Part shown: piece by piece, positions 44,989 through 57,435 of the stretch
Position numbering within the stretch: position 1 is the first letter of the stretch
Layout of the letters: every line of letters starts with the position of its first letter
DNA from: Rhizophagus irregularis
Taxonomy: Eukaryota
Reading direction: 5' to 3'
NCBI RefSeq assembly: GCF_026210795.1
Contig: NC_089429.1
Coordinates: 1,426,001 to 1,490,000, forward strand
DNA: 64,000 nt
The notes under the pieces: generated by a model
The model's input: the letters and a program-made list of their open reading frames with translations, nothing else
Told to the model about the DNA's origin: nothing
Database searches by the model: none
Program-made: the position numbers and the translations under genes

Positions 44989-46516
44989 ATTGGAATCTTA
45001 GGAATGTTCTTGTAGATTTCATTGATCTTTCAGAACCTCATTCAGGTGCAAACTTGGCAAAGGCATTCGCAGCATGTCTTCAAGAAAAAAAAATATTAAC
45101 GAAGGTAACTAATAAGTTGGTTTGAAATTTTATGTATTAAGTAAAATAAAAACTTTTAAATTATTTATAATTAGATTCTTGGTATCACTGCTGATAATGC
45201 AGCAAACAACAATACTTTTTTAAAGTCATTTGAACATACATGTACTGAAAATCGAATCAATTTTCACCATAAACGAAATCATATAAGATGTATAGCACAT
45301 ATCATGAATCTTACAGTACAGGAAATATTAAAGCAAATTAAAGCTGAAGAAGCACAGGATGAAGACATGATCTTGGAAGAATTTTGCAACAGCCGTACTA
45401 CTCATACATATGAAATGATACCTAAGGTAAATATAATAATAATATAAAATAAAATCAGAATAATTAATTATAAATTTCTAACTTCTAATAAATATTTAGC
45501 TGAGAAGACTTATCGTAAAAATACGCGCTTCTCCACAACGTTGTGCAAAGTTTTCTTCCCAATGTGATCTTTATGAAGATGTTAAAAATCTAAATCTCGT
45601 TTTGGATGTTAAAACAAGATGGAACTCGACATACATGATGTTAAAATGTGCTCTTGAACTTCAAAAAGCAAGTATAATCTTGAAATTTTAAATTATAATT
45701 TATAAAAATGATTAACTAAATATGTTAATAATTTTATATAGCCTCTCCATGATACAACAATGATTGAACGTGAATTGGAAGAATTTTCTATTTCTACAGA
45801 AGAGTGGAATCAGATGAAAGAATTATGTCATGTATTTGAGGTAAAGTGTTTATTAGATTTCAATGTAATTTTAAATTAATTAATAAATTATTTCTAAGTA
45901 TAATTTTATAATTTTAGATCTTTCATAAAGCTACTGTAGAAATGTCAAAGGCACAATATATTACCCTTTCTTCATCAATTCCTGTTTACAATATTTTATT
46001 GGATCATTTAGAAAAGCTTCTTGACAATAAAAACAAAGAATATTGTACAATTTCCAAAATAAGAACTGCTATAACAAAAGGGTATGAAAAGCTCAAAACG
46101 TATTACGCCAAAACAGACGAGTCACATGTTTACCCGATTGCTACAAGTATTGAATATTTTATTTTATTTTATTTATTGTTTAATAATTAATATGTTTATG
46201 CATTTATTAACTTATTATAATTTTTTTTTAGTACTGGATCCACGAATGAAACTAAAGTATTATCTTCAACAGGAATGGGAGCAAGAGTATATTGATGCTG
46301 CAATAAAAGTTATCAAGGATACATACAATGAACATTACCAAAATGATCCTTTATTAAATAATAGCAACTTAGAAGTTCAAGAAAATGATCAGGAAAATTT
46401 TTTTAGCTTATTTGAAATTGGTAATGATTCATCTGAAGAAGATGAATTGGATGAATACCTTCGAAAACCAGTAGTTAGTTTTAAGATGAATCCTTTACAA
46501 TGGTGGAAGGCAAGTA

Positions 46517-46688
46517 CAGTCAAACCTTGATATAGCGAACCCTTGATATAGTGAATTTTTCAGACAACTATAATAAATTTCCCCTTGCTATAACGAATTA
46601 ACCAATCAAATCTCTTAAAATCTTCACTATAGCCCTATAGCGAAGTTGAGGTCTGGAACCTAGGGTTCGTTATAACAAGGGTTGACTG
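46517..46688. mobile_element. Tc1/mariner-type MITE in a hAT intron
   Basis: CAGTCAA...TTGACTG, TA TSD. The empty site is visible in the paralogous copy near 62670. Confidence 0.92.
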
Positions 46689-49600
46689 TATATTTGTAAA
46701 GTTTTATCTGAATAATATATACATAATTTAAATAATTTAACTATCTAAATATTCTTTTTAGGTGCACGAAGCTACTTATCCGCGTCTTGCAGCTATGGCG
46801 TGAGATTATTTAGCGATACCAGGTAAAATGTAAATTAAGATTATTTATTTAATTTTTAATTAATTATATTATTAACAATAGTATGATTTTCGATTTTAGG
46901 AACCAGTGTACCTGTTGAAAGAATTTTTTCAGGTGGGGCCGATTTGATAACAAAAAAGCGTTCTAATTTAGGAATTGAAACAATTCGAGCATGTATGTTG
47001 CTTAAAAATTGGATTAAGTATTCTAGGCCGTTTAGCAATTAATATTAGCACTAGTATTTGGTAATATAATTAAAATTTAATCTTTTTTTAATATTAATTA
47101 GTAATTACATTATAATAATAAATAATATAACGATATAATAAATTATAAAAATATGATATTTGCAATTTGCGATTTAAATTGATTTTATATATTAATCAGG
47201 TTGATTTGACCCACGGATCAGGTCGGATAAATCATAAATTTACATTGGGTTACATTTAGTCTGACCCGAAAAAAAAATATTGGGTCAGGTCAAGTCAAAA
47301 ACCCGACCTGACCTGACCCATTCGGAGCTCTAGCTAGGAGGTGAGTTTTCGTTCCTTCTGGAAATCTAAGAGCATGCTCGAAATAATATTGGACTTCACC
47401 TGGATAAGTTTCAACTGAATCATCATTAGCTGCTTTCCATTTTGCAAATATATTTGCATTTTTTTCATGGCGACCAGAAATCATAGATCCAAATATTTCG
47501 GCGCCAATTTGTAGTCTTGCATGCTGATTCATATGCAAATCCATAAATCCTAACACATCTTCTTTTTCCCTTTCATATAATATTGCATACCATTCACATA
47601 GAAATCCTCGCAACTCCAAAGGTATAATGACATTGATATATGATGGGTTAAGCATTTGGCCAGGTAATGGTTCAGTGCCATATATTTTGGAAATCATAGA
47701 CGTATTATGTCTCATGAATAGAAAATGCTGCAGTTCCTCCCTTTCTGCTGTGATTGCTAAACTTCCTACAGCTTTTTTTGGTACAAGAAGATGGAGAGAT
47801 TCATCTAGAAGGCCAGATGTCCATTTACATGATAAGTGATAATCCACCAAAGTGTTTTTAAGAACAATTTTCATTAATTCGGGTTCTATTTGTCGGTTAC
47901 TATTAGGATATGATTCTAAATAACAGGAATTTTTTTAATAAGGGTACTAAAGACAATTGAAAGACACTGAAGTAAATTTACCTATATATCCATTAAGTCT
48001 TTCAAACGGGAAAAGCTAAAAACTATATATAGGACCATAATCACGACAGCAATCAGGGATATGAAGTGCGAGATGTATATTGCTTGTTATAAATTCTGGT
48101 CCATATGTATATTCTATAAGGTAGGCCATATCTTTTAACCTCTCTTACGTCTCCTTCAAATCATCATCTGTAATAAATCTTGCTACTAAAAGATTACAAG
48201 CTCGAACAAAATGCCCTAAGATTTTTCTATCATTATCATCTAGCATATCCCATAATATAGATGTAGAATAAATCATAATAAAGGTCTTTCATTGATCAGC
48301 AGTTAAGTTAGAAAACCCATCATTTCCGATTGCAATCTTTGGAGGAATTCTACCAATGTCAGAAGGTAAATCAATATTATCCATTCTGTTTTGTGCTACA
48401 CGAAGTTGTTTCATAGTTAATTTTTTTTGGTTTACAAAAATGGATTTGATTATCCATTTTGCAACACCGAGGAAAAGACAATGCATAGGATCCACTACAG
48501 CAAATTGTATAGGATCCATGTATAGTAGGCGAAGCACTTCAGTCCATCTTATACCATGTACTTTAAAATGTGCTTCTCTGGAGGACTTTGAGTTACATTG
48601 CAACCATTCATGAGCATATTGCCTATGTAATAAAAGATCTGCAGGCTTTGTTACCCATTCATTATAGTCTTGCATTCCTCCGTAATGAGTTTTTCTAAAT
48701 TCCTCGCTATAAGTGATACGTTTATCACACCTATAGCATTTCATTACTACAGATCCATGACCAAATAACTTTCGTGTAGCTGGAGTATCAGACAATCCAA
48801 CAATTAACGCAACTTTTATTTCTAAACTATTGGAAAATTGGTGAGTTTTTGGTACTTTCTACCCCTTTCAAAGTTCTAATAACTCATCTACAATAGGAGC
48901 TAAATAATGATTAATGCGTTCTAACCCTGCCTCTTTTGGTCCTGGTAAGAAACCTAAATATATAATATTTTCGGGCTTATTCCTTTCTGACCTTAGAAGA
49001 TTGCAAATAGATGCATAAATAGCGCCAGTACTATGCTGCGTGTAGGAGAATGGTTGGAACCAATCAAGATTAAGGAGAAGACCTAGATGGGTTGTGGCAG
49101 TCTCTGTTGTAAAAAAGGTACTACCATCAAATGGAAAATTTTTCCATACCTTACCATCGTAAATATCTGAATAGATATTATTTTCGTTTCTTTGAGTCCC
49201 TGATAATTTTAACATGTTCTCAAAATCTGGTCGTTGATATAAAATGCTCAATTGCTGATGAATGTTTGGCTTAGGATAAAGCATGCGAGGTACCGCAATT
49301 GTTGCATTTTTATTTTTTTTGAGAAAGGAAAGTGGATTATTGCATTGGTGATTACGACTTGATATTGGATTATTTGGATACTCTTTATACGGGCAATTCA
49401 TTATAGCAACTTTTCCTTCTTCCTTATATGCAATAATATCTTTAACATTATGCAATTTATGGCAATCGGTACATGCAGCTAATTGCATTTTCAGTTGAAA
49501 AATGTTTAACCATATTTTTGCCATATATAATGAGGTAGGAAAATTTTCAAATTGCAACTTATCAAAGCGCATAAGAATTATATGAAAAATTTTATTAAGG

Positions 49601-49844
49601 ATTCAAGTGCAATATCAGGCAATCGAAATCTTTGTTGAAATTTAAATAGCCATATTATAATCTCAGTATTAATAGAATCACTTAAGCTTTTCACTATAAA
49701 TGCTTTTTCATTGTCATTGTCAATCTTAGGAGATGCGAAAAAATCTTCTACATCATCATTCTCCTCTCCTTCATCCACATCATCATTCTCTTCCTCATCC
49801 ATATTATCTACATCATCATTCTCCTCTCCTTCATTCACATCATC

Positions 49845-50088
49845 TAAGGTTGCTTGCCTAAACCTCTTCAAAATCCTATGATTAGTTTCATCAAAATTTT
49901 ACTATAGATTTATTATAGTTTCGGCAGAGTTTCGGCAGTTTCAGCATTTATAATAAGTTTCAGCAGTTTCGCCATTTTCCAAAGTTTTGCCAGTTTTTTA
50001 ATATAACTTTAATATAGTTTCAGCAGAATTTCGCTTTTCGGCGAAACGCCATCTTGCCTAAACCCCTAGGTTTCGGCAAGCAACCTTA
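49845..50088. mobile_element. hAT-type MITE
   Basis: TAAGGTTGCTTGCC...GGCAAGCAACCTTA, 8-bp TSD ACATCATC. Confidence 0.9.
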
Positions 50089-51042
50089 ACATCATCATTC
50101 TCTTTCCCATCCATATTATTTACATCATCATTCTCCTCTCCCTCATCCACATCATCATTCTCTTCCTCATTCATATTATTTACATCATCATTCTCTTCCC
50201 CCTCATTTATATTATCTACATTATAATTCTCACCAAAATAATTGATTTCATCATTATTTTCATCAATTGTAGGTGCTGGAATACGAAAACATGAAGGTTT
50301 TGATGAAAATAATGTTATATTTTCTTCAATATATTGGAAAGAGGGACCAGGATGGGAAGAGTCCTGATCTGGACTAGATGTACTGGAGTAATTATTTCTT
50401 TCTCGCTTTTTTGATATGTTCAATTTTATTTCTGTATTTATATATGTATTATTAACAGATGATGTTTTTTTCTTTCTTATCATGATGGTATTTTCCTGAT
50501 TTTTTCTAGAATCTTTTGATCTCGATTCCCACAAACTATCATCATACGTATGTTTCTCTTGAGTGCGAGAATCAACTTCTGCACCTTTGCAACGAGCACA
50601 ATTGCAAATATACAAATACTTTTTTTTGGGCTTTATTAAATCAGCCACAAAGGTTTCAGAGGTTTCAACTTTACGTTTTTTATTACTCTTTATTAATTCA
50701 GATACAGAGTTACATTTTTTATTACTCATTTTTATTAAAATGTATAAAATATATTTTTTATTCTATCACTTTTAATAGTTAGTAATCAAGACGTTCAGAA
50801 ATGAGCTTTTAATAATCCTTATCATACAAAAGAATTGCACAAGAATTTTATGAGCGCATTACTTTTACCTGGTGAGAATTGCGCAAACGCGTTGCTACCT
50901 CTGAGCCTTGATCTGCATCCTGAAATCTCCGAAATCATTATAAATTTGCACACAATCAACTTTTTTCACGTTCTGAAATCTCTACTTTATACGGGATTTT
51001 TTTATTTTACAAAATAACAAAAAGATTTTATACTTCGTAACA

Positions 51043-52229
51043 ATGAATAGTGATAATGTATCATCTAGTGATGAATCATCATCATCATCATCCTCCTCCT
51101 CCTCCTCCTCTTCTTCTTCTTCTTCCTTTTCTAAAAGTTCTTATAACACGATAAAAGCAAGTATTTGATTATTTTATATATTATTTCTGCTTTTATCCTA
51201 TTTACATTTATCTATTATTTTACAGAAAGAAGTGTTTATTTGGAGCGACTCTAAGCTAAAAGACATATACAGTATTAACTATGAGCTCACATTGGCTGAG
51301 CAAAAAGATAATATAGTCACCAAGTTGCTTCCACCACTTTACAAACTTGTAAATAAAAAATATAAAGTCTCAAATAGTGATTTATTAAAGATGTTATATG
51401 GACGTTGGCGATCTTGCCATCGCGTTAGTAATATTAGAAAGCAAGGGGAAGCCCAAATAAAACGTAACAAAAGAAGAGCAATGAAGAATTCAAGGATGCA
51501 GAATGTAAATTATTTAATTAACAGAAGCTATTAAATTTAGTTTTTTTTTTAAATTAATTATATTGTGCTTTATAATTAACATTGTTAGAAAAAAAAAAGA
51601 AGAACAAATGCGGCCAATTACCTAATACAAAACAAAGATAAGTACATTTGCCGATATTCTGAAAAGGATCTAATTCAAATTTTAAAAGATTCAGGCTACC
51701 ATTCCGAAGAATGGGAGGAAACTGACGAAGATGATGAAGATGATGAAAATGATGAAGAAGAAGTAGTCACAAAAAAAAATTCGATATATATTTATGAAAG
51801 ATGGTGGAGATCTCCTGCTGTATGTATATTTTATTATTTTTTATCAAAGTATAAACACTAATTTATAGTTTAATTTCTTTATTTAAGCTTCAACGTTTAT
51901 TACATGATCGCATTAATCCAACGGTAGAGTTATTAAGGAAAAAACTACCAAACTTAAAATGTAAAAGAGTTCTAGACAAAACAGAAACAGCTAGTGTGCC
52001 ACCTGCCGGTGCACCAAGCTGGTGTTTAAATAGAGAAGCACTTGAAAAATTCAACCGTTTAACCAAAAATATTCCGGTTTATGATTATGATACTGATGAA
52101 AGCATTATTCAAGACAACAATGGTGCCGATGATGATGTTGATAATAACGTCGTAAATAACAAAAATAACAACAAAAGGAAAAAAAAGAAAAATAAATCTA
52201 AATCAAAAAATAAAAAATCAAAAAAATAA
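51043..52229 (+). CDS. Spliced hypothetical gene divergent from the CACTA transposase (probable second gene of that element)
   Basis: Ser-rich start, GT-AG introns, exons including SGYHSEEWEETD, IYERWWRS and PPAGAPSWCL, Lys-rich end. Confidence 0.55.
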
Positions 52230-52529
52230 ATTTTACAATTATTACACTTTTGCCTAAATAGGTTTATCGTAAAAAATACTAATCAGACTTTAATAAAAAT
52301 CAGAATTCAAACATTTTCATTTAATTTTTTTAAAAATTAATTGATTAAATTAAAAATATCATGGTTTGATAAAGCTATAGATTACAGTTTATTTTTTATT
52401 AATAAACAAGTTACGGTACTGATTACTTTATTACAGTAACAATTTAATTACAGATAAGGTATTTAATAAGATATCAAAAACTGATTAATAAAATTTTCTA
52501 TATTAACATACGATAAATTAGATTAATGA

Positions 52530-52824
52530 CACTGGTCAAAAACCAATATATCGGGTAGCAGATATGTATCAGATATGTACCCGATATGTGTAGTATTAAT
52601 GCAGAAAATCGGGTACCCGATATGTGTAAGATATATGTAAATATATATATCATATACATATCGGATACCGATATGTATATGATATGTAAATGATATGTAG
52701 ACGATATATATATTTACACATATCTTACACATATCGGGTACCCGATTTTCTGCATTAATACTACACATATCGGGTACATATCTGATACATATCTGCTACC
52801 CGATATATTGGTTTTTGACTAGTG
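52530..52824. mobile_element. CACTA-type foldback MITE (295 bp, near-perfect palindrome)
   Basis: CACTGGTCAAAAACC...GGTTTTTGACTAGTG, 3-bp TSD TGA. Confidence 0.92.
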
Positions 52825-52964
52825 TGAGCTAAATACGATAATATTATTTTTTCAAAAAAATTAAAATGAAAATATACACAAATTTTTGTTTTTGGTATGT
52901 AAGTCAAATTAAATTACTATATGCTTAAATCATAACTCATAACCCAAAGTTGAGGATTAACCGG

Positions 52965-53191
52965 CAGTGTTGGAAATTCAGATTTTAAATCATGTGCAGA
53001 ATGCGCACATTATTTGAAATTTTTATGTGCGCAAATTCATATGCAATGTGCGGAAATGTGTAAAATATACAAGAATGTGTCAGATATGCAAATTTTTGTG
53101 TGCGCAAAGCGCACACAAAAATTTTTGGTCATGTGCGGAGTTTTTAAAATTTGTGCGCGCGCACACTCCGCACATTGAATTTCCAACACTG
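52965..53191. mobile_element. hAT-type MITE
   Basis: CAGTGTTGGAAATTCA...TGAATTTCCAACACTG, TSD TTAACCGG/TTAACCAG (7 of 8 match). Confidence 0.85.
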
Positions 53192-55259
53192 TTAACCAGA
53201 TACCTTGCTTTAGATTCAGCGACACTTCCCAAGTCAGATGAGGTACCACAGGTACGCTTTAAGAAAACTCGCTATGATAATAAGGATAAGTATATTCGAA
53301 AATACCATTTATGAATGAACATAGGATACGATGAATAATCTCAAATAGAAAAATAAAAAATAAAAAAATAAAATAAAATAAAAATAAAAATATAAAAAAT
53401 AAAATAAAATAAAATAAATATTTTCAATTAGACAAAGTATCCTCGTTCCTTCCTGAAATTCTCATTTGACTAAATTATTATTGTTTGTAATTTGATCCAT
53501 TTGAATCCACCATAAATTGCCAGACAGGGCGAACCCTTATTAGACAATTATAGCTTCATCACCAAATGGCTGCGATGTATTTAATGATATGGCAACCTGT
53601 TTAATTCATTTTTAAATGAGCAAACGTGGCCATAAAACTCATTAAAAAGGTAGGCTACAGAGTGCAATGCAACCTACCTAACCTAACAAGTAGGTCTAAG
53701 GGTTAGGGAATAAAATATACCCTAAACCCACGCAGTTGGTATGGAAATAAAAGTTTATAAATGGAAGTTTCAGACTGTGCCTGATGACAAAATGGGTGAG
53801 GTGCAATCAGGACTTTTTTCTCTAATCCAGCCCGGAATTATAGAGGCAACATTGTTATCGTACAAAGCACATCGACGAAAACGTCTCTCAAAGAAATTAA
53901 TCAATAAAGAGTATACTTGGGCAATAGCCGATCTTCATTGTCATCCTATAAACTCCAAAAGGATAGGGATCAGCGCAGGCATTTTGACTTACGTATTTCT
54001 TTAAAAATTAATTAAATTGAAAGATAGGATCCAAATTCAATATGACTGAATCGATCGCCTCCGGTTATCAAACTTCCATCAGAAGTGATCGCTAGAATCA
54101 AAGATACCAATAATCACCCTTATCAGTAACGATCGAACTAAAGATGTTGGAGAAATAAAATCTGTCATTTATATGGAATTAGTTTGTATTACAATTTTAT
54201 TACGATTTGGGTAAAAAAATATCTCCTTAAAATTTATTTTTTTTCAGGTATCCTGGCTATATGGAAAGATTCCTAATATGGTAATAGTACAATACACCTT
54301 ATACGCCATTTTGCAAATTCAGTGTAATAGTTTACAAAGAAAAAAAGGGGAACGTATACAAAATTGTTAAATTAATGTTAAATAAAGAGTTTAAGAATAT
54401 AAAAAATATATACCGTAATCTGCGTGTCCAAAGATCCTGATGAAGCCGCCTAAAAAACTAAAACACCAGTAAATGTTTTGTTAAAGAATCAAAATCTCAC
54501 ATGTCTAAATATTTGAAGACTACTAAAAAACAAATGAAACAAATTTACAAAAAGAAAAAAAATGAAATTTTAATAATTGATTCATTAAAAAAGTAAAAAA
54601 AAAAATGGTATTAAAGAGAAATTTAGGAATCTGTATCCAAAGAGATTCAAAGCAGCCGCTAAAAAAAAGTAAAAGAAAAACAGGGAAAGGGAAAGGAAAG
54701 AACAAGGGAAGGGTGAGAAGAATAAAAGAAAAAAAGAAAGGAGAAAGAATTATAAAAGGAAAGAGAAAAATAATGAAAAAAAAAGATTTTAAAAGCTTAA
54801 AAAAGCTTAGTCTTTAATAATTAATAATCACTGTTCAAATTTCGGGGAAAGCCCCTTATTTATATAAAATTATGTATCACGTGATTAACATGACAATTTT
54901 AACAGATCAGCCACGTTTTTTTTTAAACTTTAACAAACCTTTTTCTTTTCTCACAGTCTCACCCTTCTCTTTCCCATCTTTTGTTCTTCCTCTTGTTTCA
55001 CCTTCTTTAATAAAATCTTTAGCAGAATATTTAGCAACATTTTCAGTTTTGATATTTTTTCTTATTAGAAAAAATAATTGCATTATGCAATGAAAATTAA
55101 GAGTTCATAACGAAATTTTTTTTTAAAAAAAAAAATAATCTTAAATGACAATATGACTTCAGTAAAAAAAATGGATTAAGAAAAAGCTGGATTCGTTATT
55201 TTAAATATGATGAATTTAAATCGAAGAAACTGGTAGAGAAAGGGATATTAGGATTTCGG

Positions 55260-56366
55260 TGAGATCCCCCAATTCCCTCTGTCATCAATTTACAGAGTTG
55301 CCACATCAAACGGGCATTCCCATGGTCGAACGAACGAATAAACGAACGAACGAACAATTAAACGAGCGAGCAATTAATCAACAACATAATTAACAAACAA
55401 TATAATCAACGAACAACACACAACAACATATAACAGCAACATTCTTGGTTCACAACATAAATAGCGTTAGTAATATAAAACGTCGAACGATATAAAATAA
55501 AATTAACTTCTCTAAATTTTCCCCAAATTATATCCACTTTTACCTTTAATTTCAAACTTCGATAGCTCTCGCTACGAATTATTACTTTTCACAATGTATA
55601 TTTAATTCTTCTTAAAATTTCCATTCTTCAATTAAAATTAATTAAGCGAACATTAATTAAAGTTTAGGGCGAACCTATTACCTTTAATTAATATTAAACT
55701 TTACTAACAAATAATTAAATGAAACTTATATTTTTATTGAGTTCTGTGGATGAGAACTGAGGAATTACCTTGAATTCCGCTCTCTATATATACAATTTTT
55801 ATGCTACTTTCTATTCTATCTATATACTATCTTTTATGTTCTTTTACATATTATCTTTGAACTATCTTTCTAATATACTATCTATATTTTAAATACGCTA
55901 TCTTTTAATATGCTATCTTTTAATATGCTATCCTTTTATATATGTTCTTTTTAATATATTATCTTTTACGTTCCATCTTTATACTATCTTTTTATATTAT
56001 CTTTTACATTATTTTGTGTTCTTTAATCTTTCTGACATTATTTTATATGTTCTTCTAATTCGCTTTATGTGTTTTGCTTATAATCTATCTTTTGTGGCTT
56101 ATAATTATTCTTTCTTATCGTTCTTATTGTTAAAGATTGCTAAGCCGCAATTGATCGACTCTATTTATCCTATTGGTTCCTTGTCAATCATTCAATAAAT
56201 ATTACATCATGTAGATCATTACTCTTCCTAAATGTTTATCCTTTTCGGCTAATTATTTATCCATCTACGCCAATCCACGATTAATTTGTTCATTCTTAAT
56301 ATTTAATAATTACATTTGGTGGTTGAATTTTATCATCTTTTCGTGCTTGATATTCGACCGTTTACA
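55260..56366 (-). mobile_element. Solo LTR of the same Gypsy family
   Basis: Reverse complement of the 25613-26695 LTR, more diverged, with 4-bp TSD TCGG on both sides. Confidence 0.93.
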
Positions 56367-56369
56367 TCG

Positions 56370-57260
56370 GTGAGATTTTTTTCATCTTTATTTTTTTAAT
56401 GAATAGTTCTAATGGTTCATTTTTTTTCTTTCTTTAGATGGTTTCAAGTTACTTTGGGAGATATTTTGGTAAAGATTTTTATTTATTTCTTCCATCTTTT
56501 AACGAATGGCTCCTAACAGTCCATTTCTTTTTCTTTTTAGACGGTTCTTTTGTATTTCTTGTGGTAAGTTAAAATTTTTTTTTCTTTCATTTTTTTTTAT
56601 TGACAAGATATTAACAAATTTTATTTTTTTGTTTCTTTCTTTTTTATAGACGGTTAGGCCTTTGGACGCATGAAATTTCCAATGGTTGGTTTATTATTAT
56701 TTTTTTAAATTCTTTTTAATTAACATTTGTTTTCTTTCTTTGTTTTTAGACGGGTCAGGCCTTTGGACATGTGAAATTTTCAATGGTTAGATTTTTTCCT
56801 TTTTAAGTTCTTTCAGATTAAATTTTTTTCATTTTTATTTAATGAAACATTAACTAGTAAAGTTTCATCTTCTTATTTCTTTTTTTAACAGTCATGTGTT
56901 TTTCTTTTTTAGGTTCTACGTTCCCTTATCACGAAAATTATTTACTTATAGGTTCTGTAAAGTTTCGTATGGTGGAATAAAATATTGGAATCTTGAAATG
57001 GTAAGTTTCGTAATGAAATTTACCTTTTTTCTTAGTATTGGAAACATCCTTACTTTTTAATTTTTTTTTGTAGTTATAGAAGGGCTTTGATTGCGTACCT
57101 GGCTGGAAATTGGAGATGGTAAGTTTCTTTGCGAAACTTAATTTTTTTTTGTTTTCTTTAATTAGAAACATTAAAAATGTTTCTTTCATTTTTTTTTTTA
57201 GATCTTGGCTTCTTCAAACCTTCTTATTATTGGACAGATTGTTTTTTGGAGTCCTTAAAC
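56370..57260 (+). repeat. Another micro-exon/hairpin-intron array
   Basis: Short exon-like pieces (acggttaggcctttggac...) between T-rich tracts ending in TAG; gtaagttt...aaactta donor hairpins. Confidence 0.6.
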
Positions 57261-57435
57261 AAGTAGAATTTTGGTAGGAGGCTCCCTTTCTTGGGATTAT
57301 TTTGTTTCAGTTAAGGAAAAGTTTCATTTTTTTAGACTTTTTCAAATTACCTTTATCTAAACATGTATATTAAATAATTTTACTTTTATACACTTTATAT
57401 AAAGAATTATGTTATCAATACTTAATAGTGTATAA

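Larger units (their letters stand above)
43747..47042 (+). pseudogene. BED-finger hAT transposase, multi-exon, disrupted
   Basis: SFVWNHF..AKCQYC..STGNLNRHL..H, AIDAWTS, ITADNA, RCIAHIMNL, DVKTRWNST, LDPRMK, PLQWWK, SVPVERIFS. MITE in an exon and TGA at 46801. Confidence 0.88.
43432..47332 (+). mobile_element. hAT (Ac-like) DNA transposon
   Basis: TIR TAGAGCTCCGAAT...ATTCGGAGCTCTA, 8-bp TSD GCTAGGAG, acccga subterminal repeats. Confidence 0.93.
43189..50729 (-). pseudogene. CACTA/EnSpm-type transposase, interrupted by a hAT element and a MITE
   Basis: YSDIYDGKVW, LGLLLNLDWFQPF...STGAIYASICNL, LPGPKE, SDTPATRK, VVDPMHCLFLGVAK. The frame THLLA|YVKWYKP is restored across the hAT insertion. Several stops and frameshifts. 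Confidence 0.85.

Noticed and set aside
56367..56376. tcggtgagat after the solo LTR, suggesting a 10-bp TSD or the start of a second LTR
   Set aside because: The match to the LTR start ends after tgagat; a 4-bp TSD agrees with the full-length copy.
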